This document shows, one piece after another, positions 1-12,374 of a DNA stretch of 64,000 nt (positions are counted from its first letter, which is position 1; the number at the start of each line of letters is the position of its first letter). The translations under genes were made by a program, and so were the position numbers. This DNA is from the human T2T-CHM13v2.0 reference genome, Homo sapiens. The DNA lies in assembly GCF_009914755.1 (NCBI RefSeq), contig NC_060935.1; one strand, given 5' to 3'. Under the pieces are notes generated by a model that saw only the letters and a list, made by a program, of their open reading frames with translations, ran no database searches and was not told the origin of the DNA.

Positions 1-1139
1 CACTGCAATAAAGGAGCATATGTATCAACTAAAAAAATTCCTTGGCAACAAAAGCTTTTTAATTGAACACAGTCTCTTCAGCCAACTTATGTAAATTCTA
101 TCCCAATTTTGGGCATCTATTTTGAGCACAGAGAGAAGCGGTATGAATCTTGCCCTAAAATTGTGCTCAACAGAAGGGGTGACGCCATATGGATGCCATG
201 TTATGGGAGCCTGTCACCTGCTAACCGAGATGAGAAATTACAGGTTATAATCCCCTTCCTGCTGTCTGAGGAGCCCAGGTGGGTGGGGAGCGCTTTGGGT
301 ATCAGGTACTGGGTGATCCATTGATACTTGCTTGGGGCCTTCCCACAGGTGTCTGAGAGGTCACAGGGTGAAGGATAAGAGAATCAGTGCCTCTAGATGG
401 GGCAGTGGGGTGAGGGGTGGAAAGTGCTTGCTTCTACCCCCAAAGGAGCTGGATTTCCTTCTCCTCAGCTTAGGTGGGAATCTGGCTGACCATGTAAAAC
501 TAACCAGCTGAGAGTTAGTGAGTGGCTCTTTGGGGACTAGACCAACCTTGAGAAATGGCCTCGCGTGGAAGTTGGGAACTGGGAGGAGGGTGATGCACCT
601 ATTGCATTGTACCTATTAGTGGAAAAGATGGAGAAAGAGATCCGGGGAGGACTGTGGGCCCACTCTGAGTATTCTCCTCCATGGGGAGCTATGAGTTCAA
701 CCCACCCCTCCCTCTGTGTCTTAGGGAAATGATGAGTTTTGGGATCTGCAGGAGGTTGGCTACAAGTCAGATAACAAAATATGGGTAGCAGGAACTGCAA
801 GTTGCCTGGTTTTTGTAAGTGGCTTCTAATAAATCTGGAGATTTTCTCTGGAAATGCATTTATCATAGATAAAATGATAGCTTAATATATGTGGGAAAAA
901 TCATGTGGACACGTTACATTTATTTGTCTATGCCTAACTTGTTTCCCCCAAAGTCACTCCAAATCATAGGCGAAAATCCCAGGCCAATTCAATGTCAGGT
1001 GTTTATTATTTCTCTTTGCTTGCTCTTAAGTAGGTTTAAAAGCTGTATTGGCTACCTGAGCACATAGGTGTTTCCACCATTGATGTGATAACTTTGGATG
1101 GTCTCAATCGTAGGCTGCACGAAAATGGTGTACAATTAC

Positions 1140-1245
1140 CTTTCTGAAAAGCTCTTACAGGATTGCATCCTGTGTCCCCAGTGCCTGGTAGAGGACCTGG
1201 AACATAATTGATAGTAAGAAATGTTATTAAACAAATAGATACATA
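1140..1245 (+). mobile_element. L2 LINE 3' end remnant
   Basis: TGTGTCCCCAGTGCCTGG...GGAACATAATTGATAGTAAGAAATGTTATTAAACAAAT resembles the L2 3' terminus; boundaries approximate. Confidence 0.5.
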
Positions 1246-1654
1246 CACAATTTCCATTGGTCCTGCCCACTTTTGCTTGGAGAAATAAAGCATGCAAGAG
1301 ACCAATGGGGCTGTCAGTGAGAAGTGTTGGATCCAAGAGTTAAAGCAATAGGGTAGAAGTAAAAGAGTTCTTTGTCTAAGGTCAACTGAGAATACGAAGG
1401 TTATTTGTTTCACCAAAATTCCCTAGTTTTTTCTCTATAAAATGAGGATGATTGTCATATAGCAAGTGATCGATAACTCACTAGTTATAAATGTCCAAAT
1501 TTTTTAGAAGCTACCTATAGATTAAAGATACCAATACGCCACCTGATCTTGCTGTTTTTCCTTTGCTTGACTGTTTTCCATGAACCAACTCAGCTGGTCC
1601 ATGGAAAATATTGCTCTTTCTCCCTTATTTACTCTCTTCCTTTCTTCTTTCCTT

Positions 1655-1870
1655 TTACCATACATGTTTATTCAACACTTATTATATTATAGGCACCATG
1701 ATAGTCATTTGGGATAAAAAAGGGAAGGGGTCATGCCTGACTTCAAGGAATTTACATTCTAAAGAAGGAAGCAAACAACCAAATCAATAGTTATACTAGA
1801 CTAAGATGCACGTACATGGACATATACAGGGTATGGTAGGAATACAGAAGTGAGGTAGCTAAGTCAGATT
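1655..1870 (-). mobile_element. L2 remnant
   Basis: TTTATTCAACACTTATTAT...AGGCACCATG...CCTGACTTCAAGGAATTTACATTCTA is a typical antisense L2 3' region. Confidence 0.5.
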
Positions 1871-2029
1871 ATGAACTCCTAAAAATAGTAAATGAGGTTC
1901 TGAGATGGCTTATAAGATTGCATGTATGTGTACGAGAGAGAGACAGAGAGAGAAGTGGAGGAGAGTAATAATTTATACAACACGTTATTTGTAAAAGATA
2001 ACTGACTAGACATGACATCTATGATACTT

Positions 2030-2120
2030 CAAAGTTGTTTTGAGGAAAAACTGAAGAAATACACATGAGCCACTTATCATAATGCCTGGCTAATAAAAAT
2101 TCCAAAAATAGTAGTTATTG
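2030..2120 (+). mobile_element. MIR 3' remnant
   Basis: GTTGTTTTGAGGA...CACTTATCATAATGCCTGGC...AAATAGTAGTTATT matches the MIR tail. Confidence 0.45.
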
Positions 2121-2351
2121 GTGGTGGTCATAGTAGTATTACTATTGTATCTTATACACATCAATGAACATTTAAGAATATCTATTATAGGTTAGGTACC
2201 GTATTAAGCCCTGAAGAAACATATGGTGTGGTAAAGAATGTGAATACGCAAATAATTCATTAGCTTATAGAACATCATGTGTGAAAATAGAAACATGGAA
2301 AAGTAAAGCAATAGTATAGAAAAGGGAACGCTTAAAATAGTTGGAATAGTC

Positions 2352-2692
<341 letters not shown>

Positions 2693-2879
2693 CTATATAG
2701 ACAAGGAGCAGTAGGGAAGGACATGGCAGGTGAAGGCATTAATCAACATGGTATATCCAGGGAATTGCCAGAGAAGATGGGCAGCAACAGTAGTTGAGGA
2801 TGAAAAGCCTGTCAACAATGGGATAACATTTTTAACAAATTACCCTGCAACAAGGAGCCACTAGATGCATATTTCTATT

Positions 2880-3025
2880 ATCAAACTCATTCAACTGTAT
2901 TGTAAGTTGTCTACATTTTCTTCCCTTCAGGAATGTGAGCTACTTGAATGAAGAAATGTTTATTATTTTTTTCACTCCCTACTGCCTAGCGTATACTGTG
3001 TACTCAATATTTGTTGAATGAAGAA
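2880..3025 (+). mobile_element. L2 3' end remnant
   Basis: GAATGTGAGCTACTTGA...TGCCTAGC...TACTCAATATTTGTTGAATGAA. Confidence 0.55.
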
Positions 3026-3319
3026 TCAATTAAAATCAATTCCTAAGAGGAATTCCAGACTTTCTTGAGGCGATATATGCTTGGCATTTCAGAGGTCTGG
3101 GCGCTCCTCCCAGGGGTATTCACTGAAGGGTGTTGAGTGGCTATTCTCCATGTCTGGTGAAAAGGAGACCAGGGTGAAATGTTTTAGCTGCAGTGGAGAG
3201 ACTGACCTTTTAACATCAAGTCATCACCTAATAATAAGATTTTATGGGGCACCAAAAATGGGGTGATTGAGAGTGGCCATGGGATCATTTTCTCAATTTT
3301 TTTTATTGACAAAGGACAA

Positions 3320-3981
3320 CGTATTAGGGTTCTCCAGAGGGACAGGACTAACAAGATATATGTATATATGAAAGAGAATTTATTAAGAAAAATTGACTCA
3401 CACGATCACAGGGTGAAGTCCCATGATAGGCTGTCTGCAAGCTGAGGAGCAAGGAAACCAGTATTGGTTTAGAAGCCAGTCCAAGTCCCAAAACCTCAAA
3501 AGTAGGGAAGCTCACAGTGCAGCCTTCAGTCTCTGGCCAAACCAGAGTGGGGAGAGGTGTACACTGTTTTTTTTTTTTTTTTTTTTTTTTTTGAGACAGA
3601 GTCTCACTCTGTTGCCCAGGCTGGAGTGCAGTGGCACAATCTCAGTTCACTGCAACCTCCGCCTCCTGGGTTCTGAGAGCACCTGGCAAGCCACTGGTAT
3701 AAATCCATGAGTCCAAAAGCCAAAGAACTTGGAGTCTGATGTTCGACATCCAGCACAAGAGAAAGATGAAGGCTGGAAGACTCTGCAAGTCTGCCCCTTC
3801 CACCTTCTTCTGCTTGCTTTTTCTAGCCACGCTGGCAGCTGATTGGATGGTGCCCACCCACATTGAGGGTGGGTCTGTCTCTTCCAATCTACTGACTCAA
3901 ATGTTAATCTTCTCTGGCAATGCCCAGAAGCAATACTTTTCATCCTTCAATCCAATAAAGTCGACAATATTAACTCTCACA
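3320..3981 (-). mobile_element. MLT2A (HERV-L) solo LTR, interrupted at 3542-3673
   Basis: Matches MLT2A1/A2 antisense from GTATTAGGGTTCTCCAGAGGGACAGGACTAA to ...CAATATTAACTCTCACA; 5-bp TSD GACAA/GAGAA (3315-3319, 3982-3986). Confidence 0.9.
3567..3673 (-). mobile_element. 5'-truncated Alu right-arm fragment
   Basis: T26 followed by GAGACAGAGTCTCACTCTGTTGCCCAGGCTGGAGTGCAGTGG...GCCTCCTGGGTTC. Confidence 0.92.
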
Positions 3982-4329
3982 GAGAATTTTGCTGAAAGGG
4001 TTGTTTTTGGGGATTAATTCTAACCGGAAAGGCTCTGCTAGGAGACACAATCTGGGGGTCTTACGAAAATTGGTTTTTCAGTAGATAAACATGAGGTTGA
4101 AACAACATGGGATAGGCTTTTAGTCTAAGGGACCAGCTTTGACATCGGTTGCCTTGATAAGCTCAAAGGGAGGCTCAGAGGGTGGGTCCCCTTCCCTGCC
4201 TCTCAAGCAGCAGGTCAGTTTGAGCTCACATCTCACCTCGGGAAGTAGGAAATTGAATGACTGCTCTTCTCACTTCACAGGGCAGGTTTTTTATCCTCTG
4301 GGGAAAGTCTTTGTGAATGCTCACAGATT

Positions 4330-4565
4330 CTGCCCATAGAATCTAAGCTCCTTGAGGGCTAGGAGGAAGCAGGCCGCCATTGTCCACTGCTATATTTTCA
4401 ATGCCTGGTACACTTCCCAACACTTTGTAAGTGCTCCCTACATATTCATTGCAGTGAATAAATAAAAATAACAACTAATACTTTTGTACCGCTTACTATG
4501 TACCAGACACTGTTGTAGGGGCTTTGCAGGTATTAATTTATTTCATCTCCACTACAAACCTATCC
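4330..4565. mobile_element. L2 3' end (+, ~4330-4465) abutting MIR (-, ~4470-4565)
   Basis: TAAGCTCCTTGAGGGC...ATGCCTGGTACA...GAATAAATAAA, then GCTTACTATGTACCAGACACTGTT. Confidence 0.55.
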
Positions 4566-5879
4566 AGATGGATGGGACTAGTGTGAATAGAAGAAATGCT
4601 GATGATGTGATGGTAGACAGAGCAATCTGTGCATCATATGAGCCGAGCCACAGTGATGGTGCCGGCAAACAGGGGCTTTCTCTTCAGTAAATAAAGGGCA
4701 GCCTAGGGTAGATGTGAGATCTCAATGGTAGCTCCCTGACTCTAACAACAAGTAAGGAGGGTTATCTGATGACTCTCCATGATCCAGTCCAGACAGAGAC
4801 AAGCTTATGACAATGATATTTGCAGCTGCAGCAAAGCCAGTCCCTCTGTGAACGATCACACTGGTGACGCAGGTCTCAGGCTCCCTCTGTGAATGATCAC
4901 ATCGGTGGTAAACATGCTTCTTTCCTTGAAAGTTAAACCCGTTTTGAGCAGGGCTGTGGGGTTGAGTGTGTGCGGGAGCCCCTGGGGAGGGCAGGTCACC
5001 CTAGACAGTTAATGCAAACACAGCTGCTATCCCCGTGGAGAATGGTCTCTTAGTAGCAATTGCTGGGCCCACAGTCGAATCAATGTTGTGCAGTGTAGCT
5101 GATGGGAAGTGTCAGTTCTCCTAAGTCTTTCCTTTTCCAGGATAATCCCCTCATTGGACCTGAGGAGCAGAGAAGAGCTGGCCTCTGAGCAGGGTGCTGG
5201 GGAAAAGTGTAGCTTCCATGTCCTGCACCTGCTTCTCTCTCCCCAGGAGACTGTGGAGCTTAGGGAGGCTTGACCCATCTGTATTTGACACGAATGTTTT
5301 CTCCCTAGCTGACCTCACCACTGTGACCTCACCTTGGTGGAGAGCAGCAACAAACTCATAGGTGCTGATAATTGAAACTCAAGGAGGGAAGCAGAAATGT
5401 GTGTTATTTGGTAGAATGGGCAATTCAAGAACAATTTAGTTTTGGGATGCATTAACTGTCTTATTTCACATATGTAACTGATGTTTAGAGATGGATGGGA
5501 CCATAGAGGTGATTCATTCCAAAATCTTTATTTTACAATGGGGAAAAGGAAGGGTTGGGAAAAAATTGAATAAATAATGCCATTTTATTGAGTAGTAGCT
5601 GACTCCCAGTCCATTGCTTATTTCAGTAAACAAAATTATTTCCCAGATATGAACAACTATGTCTACAGAAATAAACAAATGTTTTTGGAATCACGGCAAT
5701 AGAGAATCAAGGCGAAGAAAGTTTTCTGAATTCTTCAGCCAGCAGAACCCAAAACTCTGAATTTTCCTGTAGAGGGGGTGACTTTGCCTTGGGTTTGCCA
5801 TTTGAGCAGAGATCAGCTAGTGAGTTGTATCTCTGGTCTGCAGAGCTTGTGAATGGCACAGAAAATGAGGAGGATTTTG

Positions 5880-6720
5880 AAGCCAGCTAAGGCCAGGTTT
5901 GTATTGTAGTTCTGCCATTTTCTTATCTACTGTGCAACTGCAGGCAAGTAAGTTCGCTTTTCTGAGCTCAGTCTCTTCTTTGGAAAAAGTGAATGACGTA
6001 TGCTACGTATCTGTTCCCTCTGTCTTGTCGACAGTGGTCATGCACCAGGCACAAGATGCTGAGGTTTGTTGTCTCTATTTAATGTCTCACTACAACTTCA
6101 CAGTTTTTAAAATGAGGCAGCAGTTAATATTATAATGTCTATTTTACAGGAGAGGAGAGCCTGACGTTTCAAGAACTCAAGGTTCAGTACTAGGTCTTAG
6201 AGGAAGACTTCATTTTAGCTTTGATGCTCTCCGCTAGGCACAGAGAAACTTAAGCAGAATGACAAGACCTGCTGTTTGAGTAACTCACGTTCTGACCAGA
6301 GAGACAGACATGTCAGCAAGAGGTTACAATACAGTGTGCTCAGATTCTCCGGGACTTGGAGCACTTGTTCCAGAAAGGAAGGCCAGGGAAGTCTTCCAGG
6401 AGTAGATGGCGCCTCTGCTGACCTGAAGGGTGAGGAAAAAGTGTCCAGTTGCAGAAGGTATGATACTGATAATATAGAGATAAGATAGCTTTTAAAGACC
6501 TAGAGGTGTAGACTAGTTTGAAACAGATTGAAGACCTACAGATAGTTGTGTGTGACTAGAGTGGGGTTGGGGTGGGTGTGTGAGGAGATTTAGCCTGGAG
6601 TCTGACCACAAAGTGCAACACATATCATGTGAGGAGGGATCTGGACCCTAAAGCATCGGGAACCTGGGAAGAGTCTCAGTAGGGAGTGACATCATCAGAT
6701 GCGAGTTTTGGCAAGATAAC
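5880..6720. mobile_element. Cluster of MIR(+), MIR(-) and L2(-) remnants
   Basis: GGCAAGTAAG...TCTGAGCTCAGT (MIR core); ATTTTACAGGAGAGGAG (MIR antisense); GAGTGACATCATCAGAT (L2 antisense). Confidence 0.45.
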
Positions 6721-9700
6721 TAACTATCTCACAAGGTTTCTGTAGGAACAGTAGAGCCTACTGTAAAAATGTTTCAGATTGTGGCTGAGCAAGAAGCCAA
6801 AATAACATACAAGGCAGCTAATTAACAGCATTTTCCAAACCTCCCACCTAGGTGTTTCTACCTTAGCTACCTTGCATTCCTTCCTGACCTCATCACAGAC
6901 ACTAAGCTCAGTCTGAGTGCTATGGTAGAAGTCCAAGGCTGGCAAGAAACAGAGCACGAGAATGGGAAACCACAGGGTGGACGGTTGCATCTCTGCAGCT
7001 CCTCCCCTTCTGGCTTAGAGGAACCTGGGTGCACTGACTGGCGAGCAAGGGTATCCTGCTCCTGGGCTGTCATCCACCCTTCAGGAACAGCCTCGTTGGC
7101 CTACTTGCTGCAGGAGCATCTGCATCTTTGCTTAATTGGATTCTCATCTTTTTAAAAATGTATTTTTGTGCGGTTGCCTAGAGGCATTCAGATAATGGGT
7201 GCATTTTTAATAGACTCAATAAGTAAATAACTGTTATTTTCTCCTCAAGAAATCCAGGGGGACTAGAGTTCTATTGCAGCTTTGAAAACAATCATACCAG
7301 AAATTGGACTAGGAGACATTCTTGCACAGACTCTCTGGGTGATTCTCATTGTTGTTCTCAGGACAGATGAGACCCAGCTGTCACCAGACACAAGTATGAG
7401 TCAGCTTGGGAGTGTGTGGCGCTAGTGCAGCTGCCTTACCGCAGACACCTGAGGGTTCACATGCTGGCAGCTAACCCCCTCTAGTGTTGATTAGAATAGA
7501 CTATTTGCAGCTGTGGGAACAGACTTGCATGTTGAGGTGGTAAATCTGTGAGTGGGTGCCCCACCCCATGCCCCACTCTCTGCGTCTCAGGCCCACAGTG
7601 CTGAGACCGATGGTTTAGGGTTTCTAATTTTGTGTTGCATGGTGACTCCATGACCTTTTGGTAGCCTGCCCTGATTGCTCCCCCATAACCAAGGCCTCTC
7701 TCATTCTAGGCTGTACTGCCCTCCCCATGTCTCCCTGAGGTGTGATACTCATTCTTATCGCCACACTGTGTTCACGCCACTCTTTCTGCCTGAAATGCCC
7801 TCCCCTACTTCCACTGTAATTCTTCACATTTCAGATCAGGTTTCAGTTCCTCTTTCCCTCCCCGACTAAAAGTTCTTCTCTACAAATCTTGCAGCACTCA
7901 AGCACCAATGTCTTGCATTTGAGATATGCCACCTCATGCTTTTATTTAGCTCTTAATGGCTACAGAAGCTCTTGCGGGAGCAGAATGTTGACGGGCATCT
8001 TGCATGTAGCAGATAGCCCCACCTTGTTTATCCCAGGAAGCTGATGGACTACAGCAACCATCACTTAACTCTTGCATAGGAGCAGCTTAGACATAAAGTA
8101 GCTTCTCTACCTGCCCTCTTCAGCTTGTTGTGTCTGTCACACCAAACCCAAATCTTCTCTGACAACTTTCCAAAAAATTCTGGGTTACCAGCACTGCCAA
8201 ACCCAGGGTGAATTATATGCTTGGGCCTAAAGTATTCCAGCCTAATTCCAAAATTATTTTGAATTTGTGGTGAGCATGCAACTTAAGTGACATAAAGGGT
8301 GGTTGTTTGAGAGCTACGTCCTGTGCTTGTGTATTGTTTTATGCTGTATCCAGCCACATTCTTCCTCAGAAAAAGAGAGGAGGTGAGCTTGGTCCTAATA
8401 AACAGCAAAGCTCTCATTAGAGAGAAACTCTCCAGGCCTGGTCCCTCATTAAATTGATTGGATCCATTTTACAGATTTGTTCACTGAGGCAGCCATGCCC
8501 TGATTGCATTTTAGGAGGACCACGGAAGTCAAGAAGTTCAGCTTCTGAACTAACCAGACTATCACTGATTCGTTCTGCACCCTGAACTTTTACCCCTCCT
8601 GTTTTGCTAATGGAAATAGGCTAATTCAAAGTCACAAGAGCAACACTTTGAAGTGGAGCCTTGCTTGAGATGAGGATTATAGACTTTAGTTTCGAATGAA
8701 CCCCAATGGAGCCTTTCTTCCTGGGAAGACGTAGAGCAGCCCTTCTGTAACTCTCCATTCAAACCTCTGCAAATGCTATCAGCCATTGCTAAAGCAGATC
8801 TCAGCAAGTTTATTTGGGGACTTATGCCTCATATGTGCTCTCCTTCCCTTCCTCCCTACTTCCACTTATGGTCTCTATTCCACTTTAGCCACATCTATTT
8901 CCTTCTTGCCCAGATTTAACAAGGTCCCTCTCAACCCCTCTCTCAGAGAACAGAAGTTAGTAGAGGGAATGCCGCAGGGTCCCACTGCCTGCAGAACCTC
9001 TTCAGCTGAATCCCAAAGGAAGCTCAGCAGCTGATGGGGAAGTGATTTATAATCCTAAACACAGTTCTTTCACTGTTGGTTCTGGCTTCTTGCATCACAA
9101 ATTGCTCTGCATATTAGCATTACATTGATGACATTCAAAACAGGTGCAACTGCCTATAGAACAGCTGCCGCGGCCCACTGAAAGCTTCAAGCCGAGACCT
9201 GAGGTGCATGAACCCTCCTTCTGATAAGCTTCAGAGCAGGTAAAATCATCATTAAAGGAAAATTGACTTGTAAGTATGTGCAAGATTGTAGTTATTGCAT
9301 CTAACCAGAAAGAAAAGCAAGGAGCCAGCAGCCGAGGGAATCTTCTTTAAAAATGTATTCAACAGAACAACAGAAAAGAAATTGCCATCTCAAGAGTGTT
9401 ATGACACAACTTTAATATGGCAAGAGAGCAGACTGCTTGCATTTTCCTGGAATAGAGGGGGTCACAGCCTGGAGCTGGGGCCTGGGAGGCAGCATGGTAT
9501 GGAAGCCCAGGGAGCACAGGGTGCAAGGTCCTACTTTAGAAAAAATGGAGCAAGAGGTTGTATTATGGGAAAAAAAAAAGCAACCCAAAGAAGCCTGGGA
9601 ATATCAGATTTGGAGTCAGCCTAGTTAATGCTGGAACCCAATATGTCACCTGTGATAATTTTGATCCTGAAGGATAATTTCTAAGATTTATTCCATTTAA

Positions 9701-9814
9701 AACAAAGTGACCTAAAAGTTTTCACAATAAGAGTCTGGAACTCAGAAGGAGGGTTAAACTTAAGGTGGCCCCGGTCTGACTTCCACATGCAATTCTGGCT
9801 TCTACTTTTATACC

Positions 9815-10035
9815 TATACTACCATTTACTGAGCACTTACAATATGCTGGGGGCTAAGTGTATCACTTAATCTTCACCACGATCATATCTGATAGGGTAT
9901 AAATGTCATCTAACAAATGAATTTAACAAATGAATAAACAAATAACTAACAAATGAGTAAACTGAGGATCAGGGCAATTGTTACCTGTCCCAAATCACAC
10001 AGCTTGAAAGAGGCAAAATCAGGATTTAAACACCA
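9815..10035 (-). mobile_element. MIR
   Basis: CCATTTACTGAGCACTTAC...AAATGAGTAAACTGAGG...CCCAAATCACACAGC...AGGATTTAAAC. Confidence 0.7.
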
Positions 10036-10206
10036 GCTGCCAACCCTAAAAGGGGTTGACCCTCTTTTTTCAGAGTATCATGTAATTTATTTCACAGCCA
10101 TAACGAAGCAAGAGAATGGGAGTGTAGATAAAGCCTCCTACGCAATCCTCTTCTTCCTCTGGCCTGTATACAAATAGCAAAGTGATACTGCAAAAATGAT
10201 GGGGAA

Positions 10207-10499
10207 GGCCAGGTGCGATGGCCTACACCTATAATCCTAGCACTTTGGGAAGCCAAGGAGAGCAGATCACCTGAGGTCAGGAGTTTGAGACCAGCCTGGC
10301 CAATATGGTGAAACCAGTTTCTATTAAAAATGTAAAAATTAGCCAGGAGTGGTGGTGGGCACCTGTAATCCCAGCTACTTGGGAGGATGAGGGAGGAGAA
10401 TTGCTTGAACCCAGGTGGTGGAGGTTGCAGTGAACCGAGATCATACCACTTCACTCAAGCCTGGGTGACTACGAGACTCCATCTCAAAAAAAAAAAAAA
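10207..10499 (+). mobile_element. Alu, AluSx/Sz-like, full length
   Basis: Dimeric Alu with CACCTGAGGTCAGGAGTTTGAGACCAGCC, poly(A), and degenerate TSD AAAA(T/G)GATGGG(G/A)AA. Confidence 0.95.
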
Positions 10500-10889
10500 G
10501 GATGGGAAATAAGTAATAAGCAGATGTTCTCTTAGCACAACTTCATAAGTCATACTTTTTCAGATTTCAACAATGCTATTGATGGGTAATTGACACAATA
10601 AAGGGCATGTGTGTAAACCAATGTATAAGACATCGGTTGGTTGGAATGGTCTTTTGATAGACTGGCCAGGGCAGCCCCTCTTCCCAGCACCATGGCTCTG
10701 TGGGATTTAAATCCAATTGCTCAGCTATAGCCACACCTTCATTACTACCTGAGCTGTTTTTGCCCATGGCTTGGGAAGGGACTGGGATGGAGAATTCTGC
10801 AGAAATAAAGCCCCAACTTGTGGGGACAGACTCGGTTTAACCCAGGTTCATGTCATTCCTGGCTGCCCTCCCATCTTCCTTGGTAAGTC

Positions 10890-10985
10890 AAGGAATCTTA
10901 GAGGTAGGAGGAACTGCAGGGATCACCTGGTTCAGATCCTTCATTTTACAGATGAGGAAGTTAAGACTCAGAGAGATGAAGAGAG
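10890..10985 (-). mobile_element. MIR/MIR3 core
   Basis: TCATTTTACAGATGAGGAAGTTAAGACTCAGAGAG. Confidence 0.6.
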
Positions 10986-12374
10986 AATGATCACTAATGA
11001 TAAAGAGATGATGACCCGGGTCTGCTGACCTGAGGCCGCATCTTTCAAGGACCACTTCCTCATATGTCCATACTGCAAAGCTTTGTCCTAGTTGTTTCTC
11101 TGGAGGGTGTGGACGGGTGGGGGAAAGGGGTCACTTCTCTTCAAGAGAAGAGCACCTCTGTGCCTGTGTAGAGCCCTTGCCCATCCTCCTGCCCCCAGCC
11201 CAGCCTTTGTAGTGATGGAGCAGAGGCATCTTGGTAAGGGGATTGGGTCAAGCTTTCAATGAGGTGCTGCAGGCAAGGAGCTATAGCAAAGCAGATCATC
11301 TGCTTCTCAACGGAGAAGCCAGGGCATCCTTACATAGCCAGGTGCTGCAAGAATGAGGGAGAACAGCTCAGGCTATTGGCTAATATCTGCGTTTTAGCCT
11401 AGTATATGCACCAGGCCATGGGCTTGGTGTCACGGGGGCATTCCAACACGAAGAAATGAACAGCATACAGCAGACAGAGGCTCAGAGATCTTACTGCACA
11501 TGAGAGGTAGCAAGATATCTACACAGAAGAAAGAAAACTGACCACTTGCAATGAGGTGGGGGCAGAGCTCCCTGTGGACTGGGGTCCTCAGGGCAGCATC
11601 GGGGAAGGGCAAGCTGAGGAAGGTCTCTGTGGGGACAACATCTTCATCGTCAGGAAAAAGGGCTGGTCTGGCCTGTTCTGGGGTTGTCTCTAGTCCCACA
11701 GTTGTACAGCTGTCACTAGATAAATTAGTGTTCACCTGACCTCCGCTTTAGCCAGAGACTCTCCCCTTCTACTCTACCAAGACTTCCACTGTGCTCTGTG
11801 GCATTGCAGGATCGATTTCCCCCTCCTTCTGTGTCTCTGAGTACCATCCAAATAATCACATCTGTGCAATGCTTTGGGGTTTAAAAGCTCTTCAGCACCC
11901 ATTGCCACAGTTCTTCCCCATTACTTGTAAGGTGCATGGGGCAGTGTCATTATTATTATAACAGTGGAGGACATTCAGTTTAGGTACCCTGAATAGTAAA
12001 AGATAAAGCTGGCCTTACTATTGTGTTTTCCGGATCCTTGCATGAGATCATACCACCTCTTTGCCTCTTTCTTCTGTGCGGATTGTAGCTGCACCCTCCA
12101 TGATCTGAGACCAGCTGAAACGTGGGTCAGGCCCTTAGGTGACAGGTTAGCTGGAGTGACAGAAGTGGCAAGAAGACTGTGGACCACGTGAGGTGCGTCT
12201 TTTGTCAGACAGCTGTCCCAGCACAAGCGGCTGCCAAAGCCCATGTGGAAATACGGGAGTGTCTGGGAGAGCATTTAGGATTTTAATCAAGGAGCCGAAG
12301 TGCATTTGCTTTTTCATTAATCCCCATATTAATTAGTGTCATTTGCAAAAAGGGCCTGATGTACACTTGTGTCT

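Noticed and set aside
3945-3965. Intact DUX4 site in the MLT2A LTR
   Set aside because: The sequence reads CAATCCAATAA rather than ...AATCA, so the motif appears mutated.
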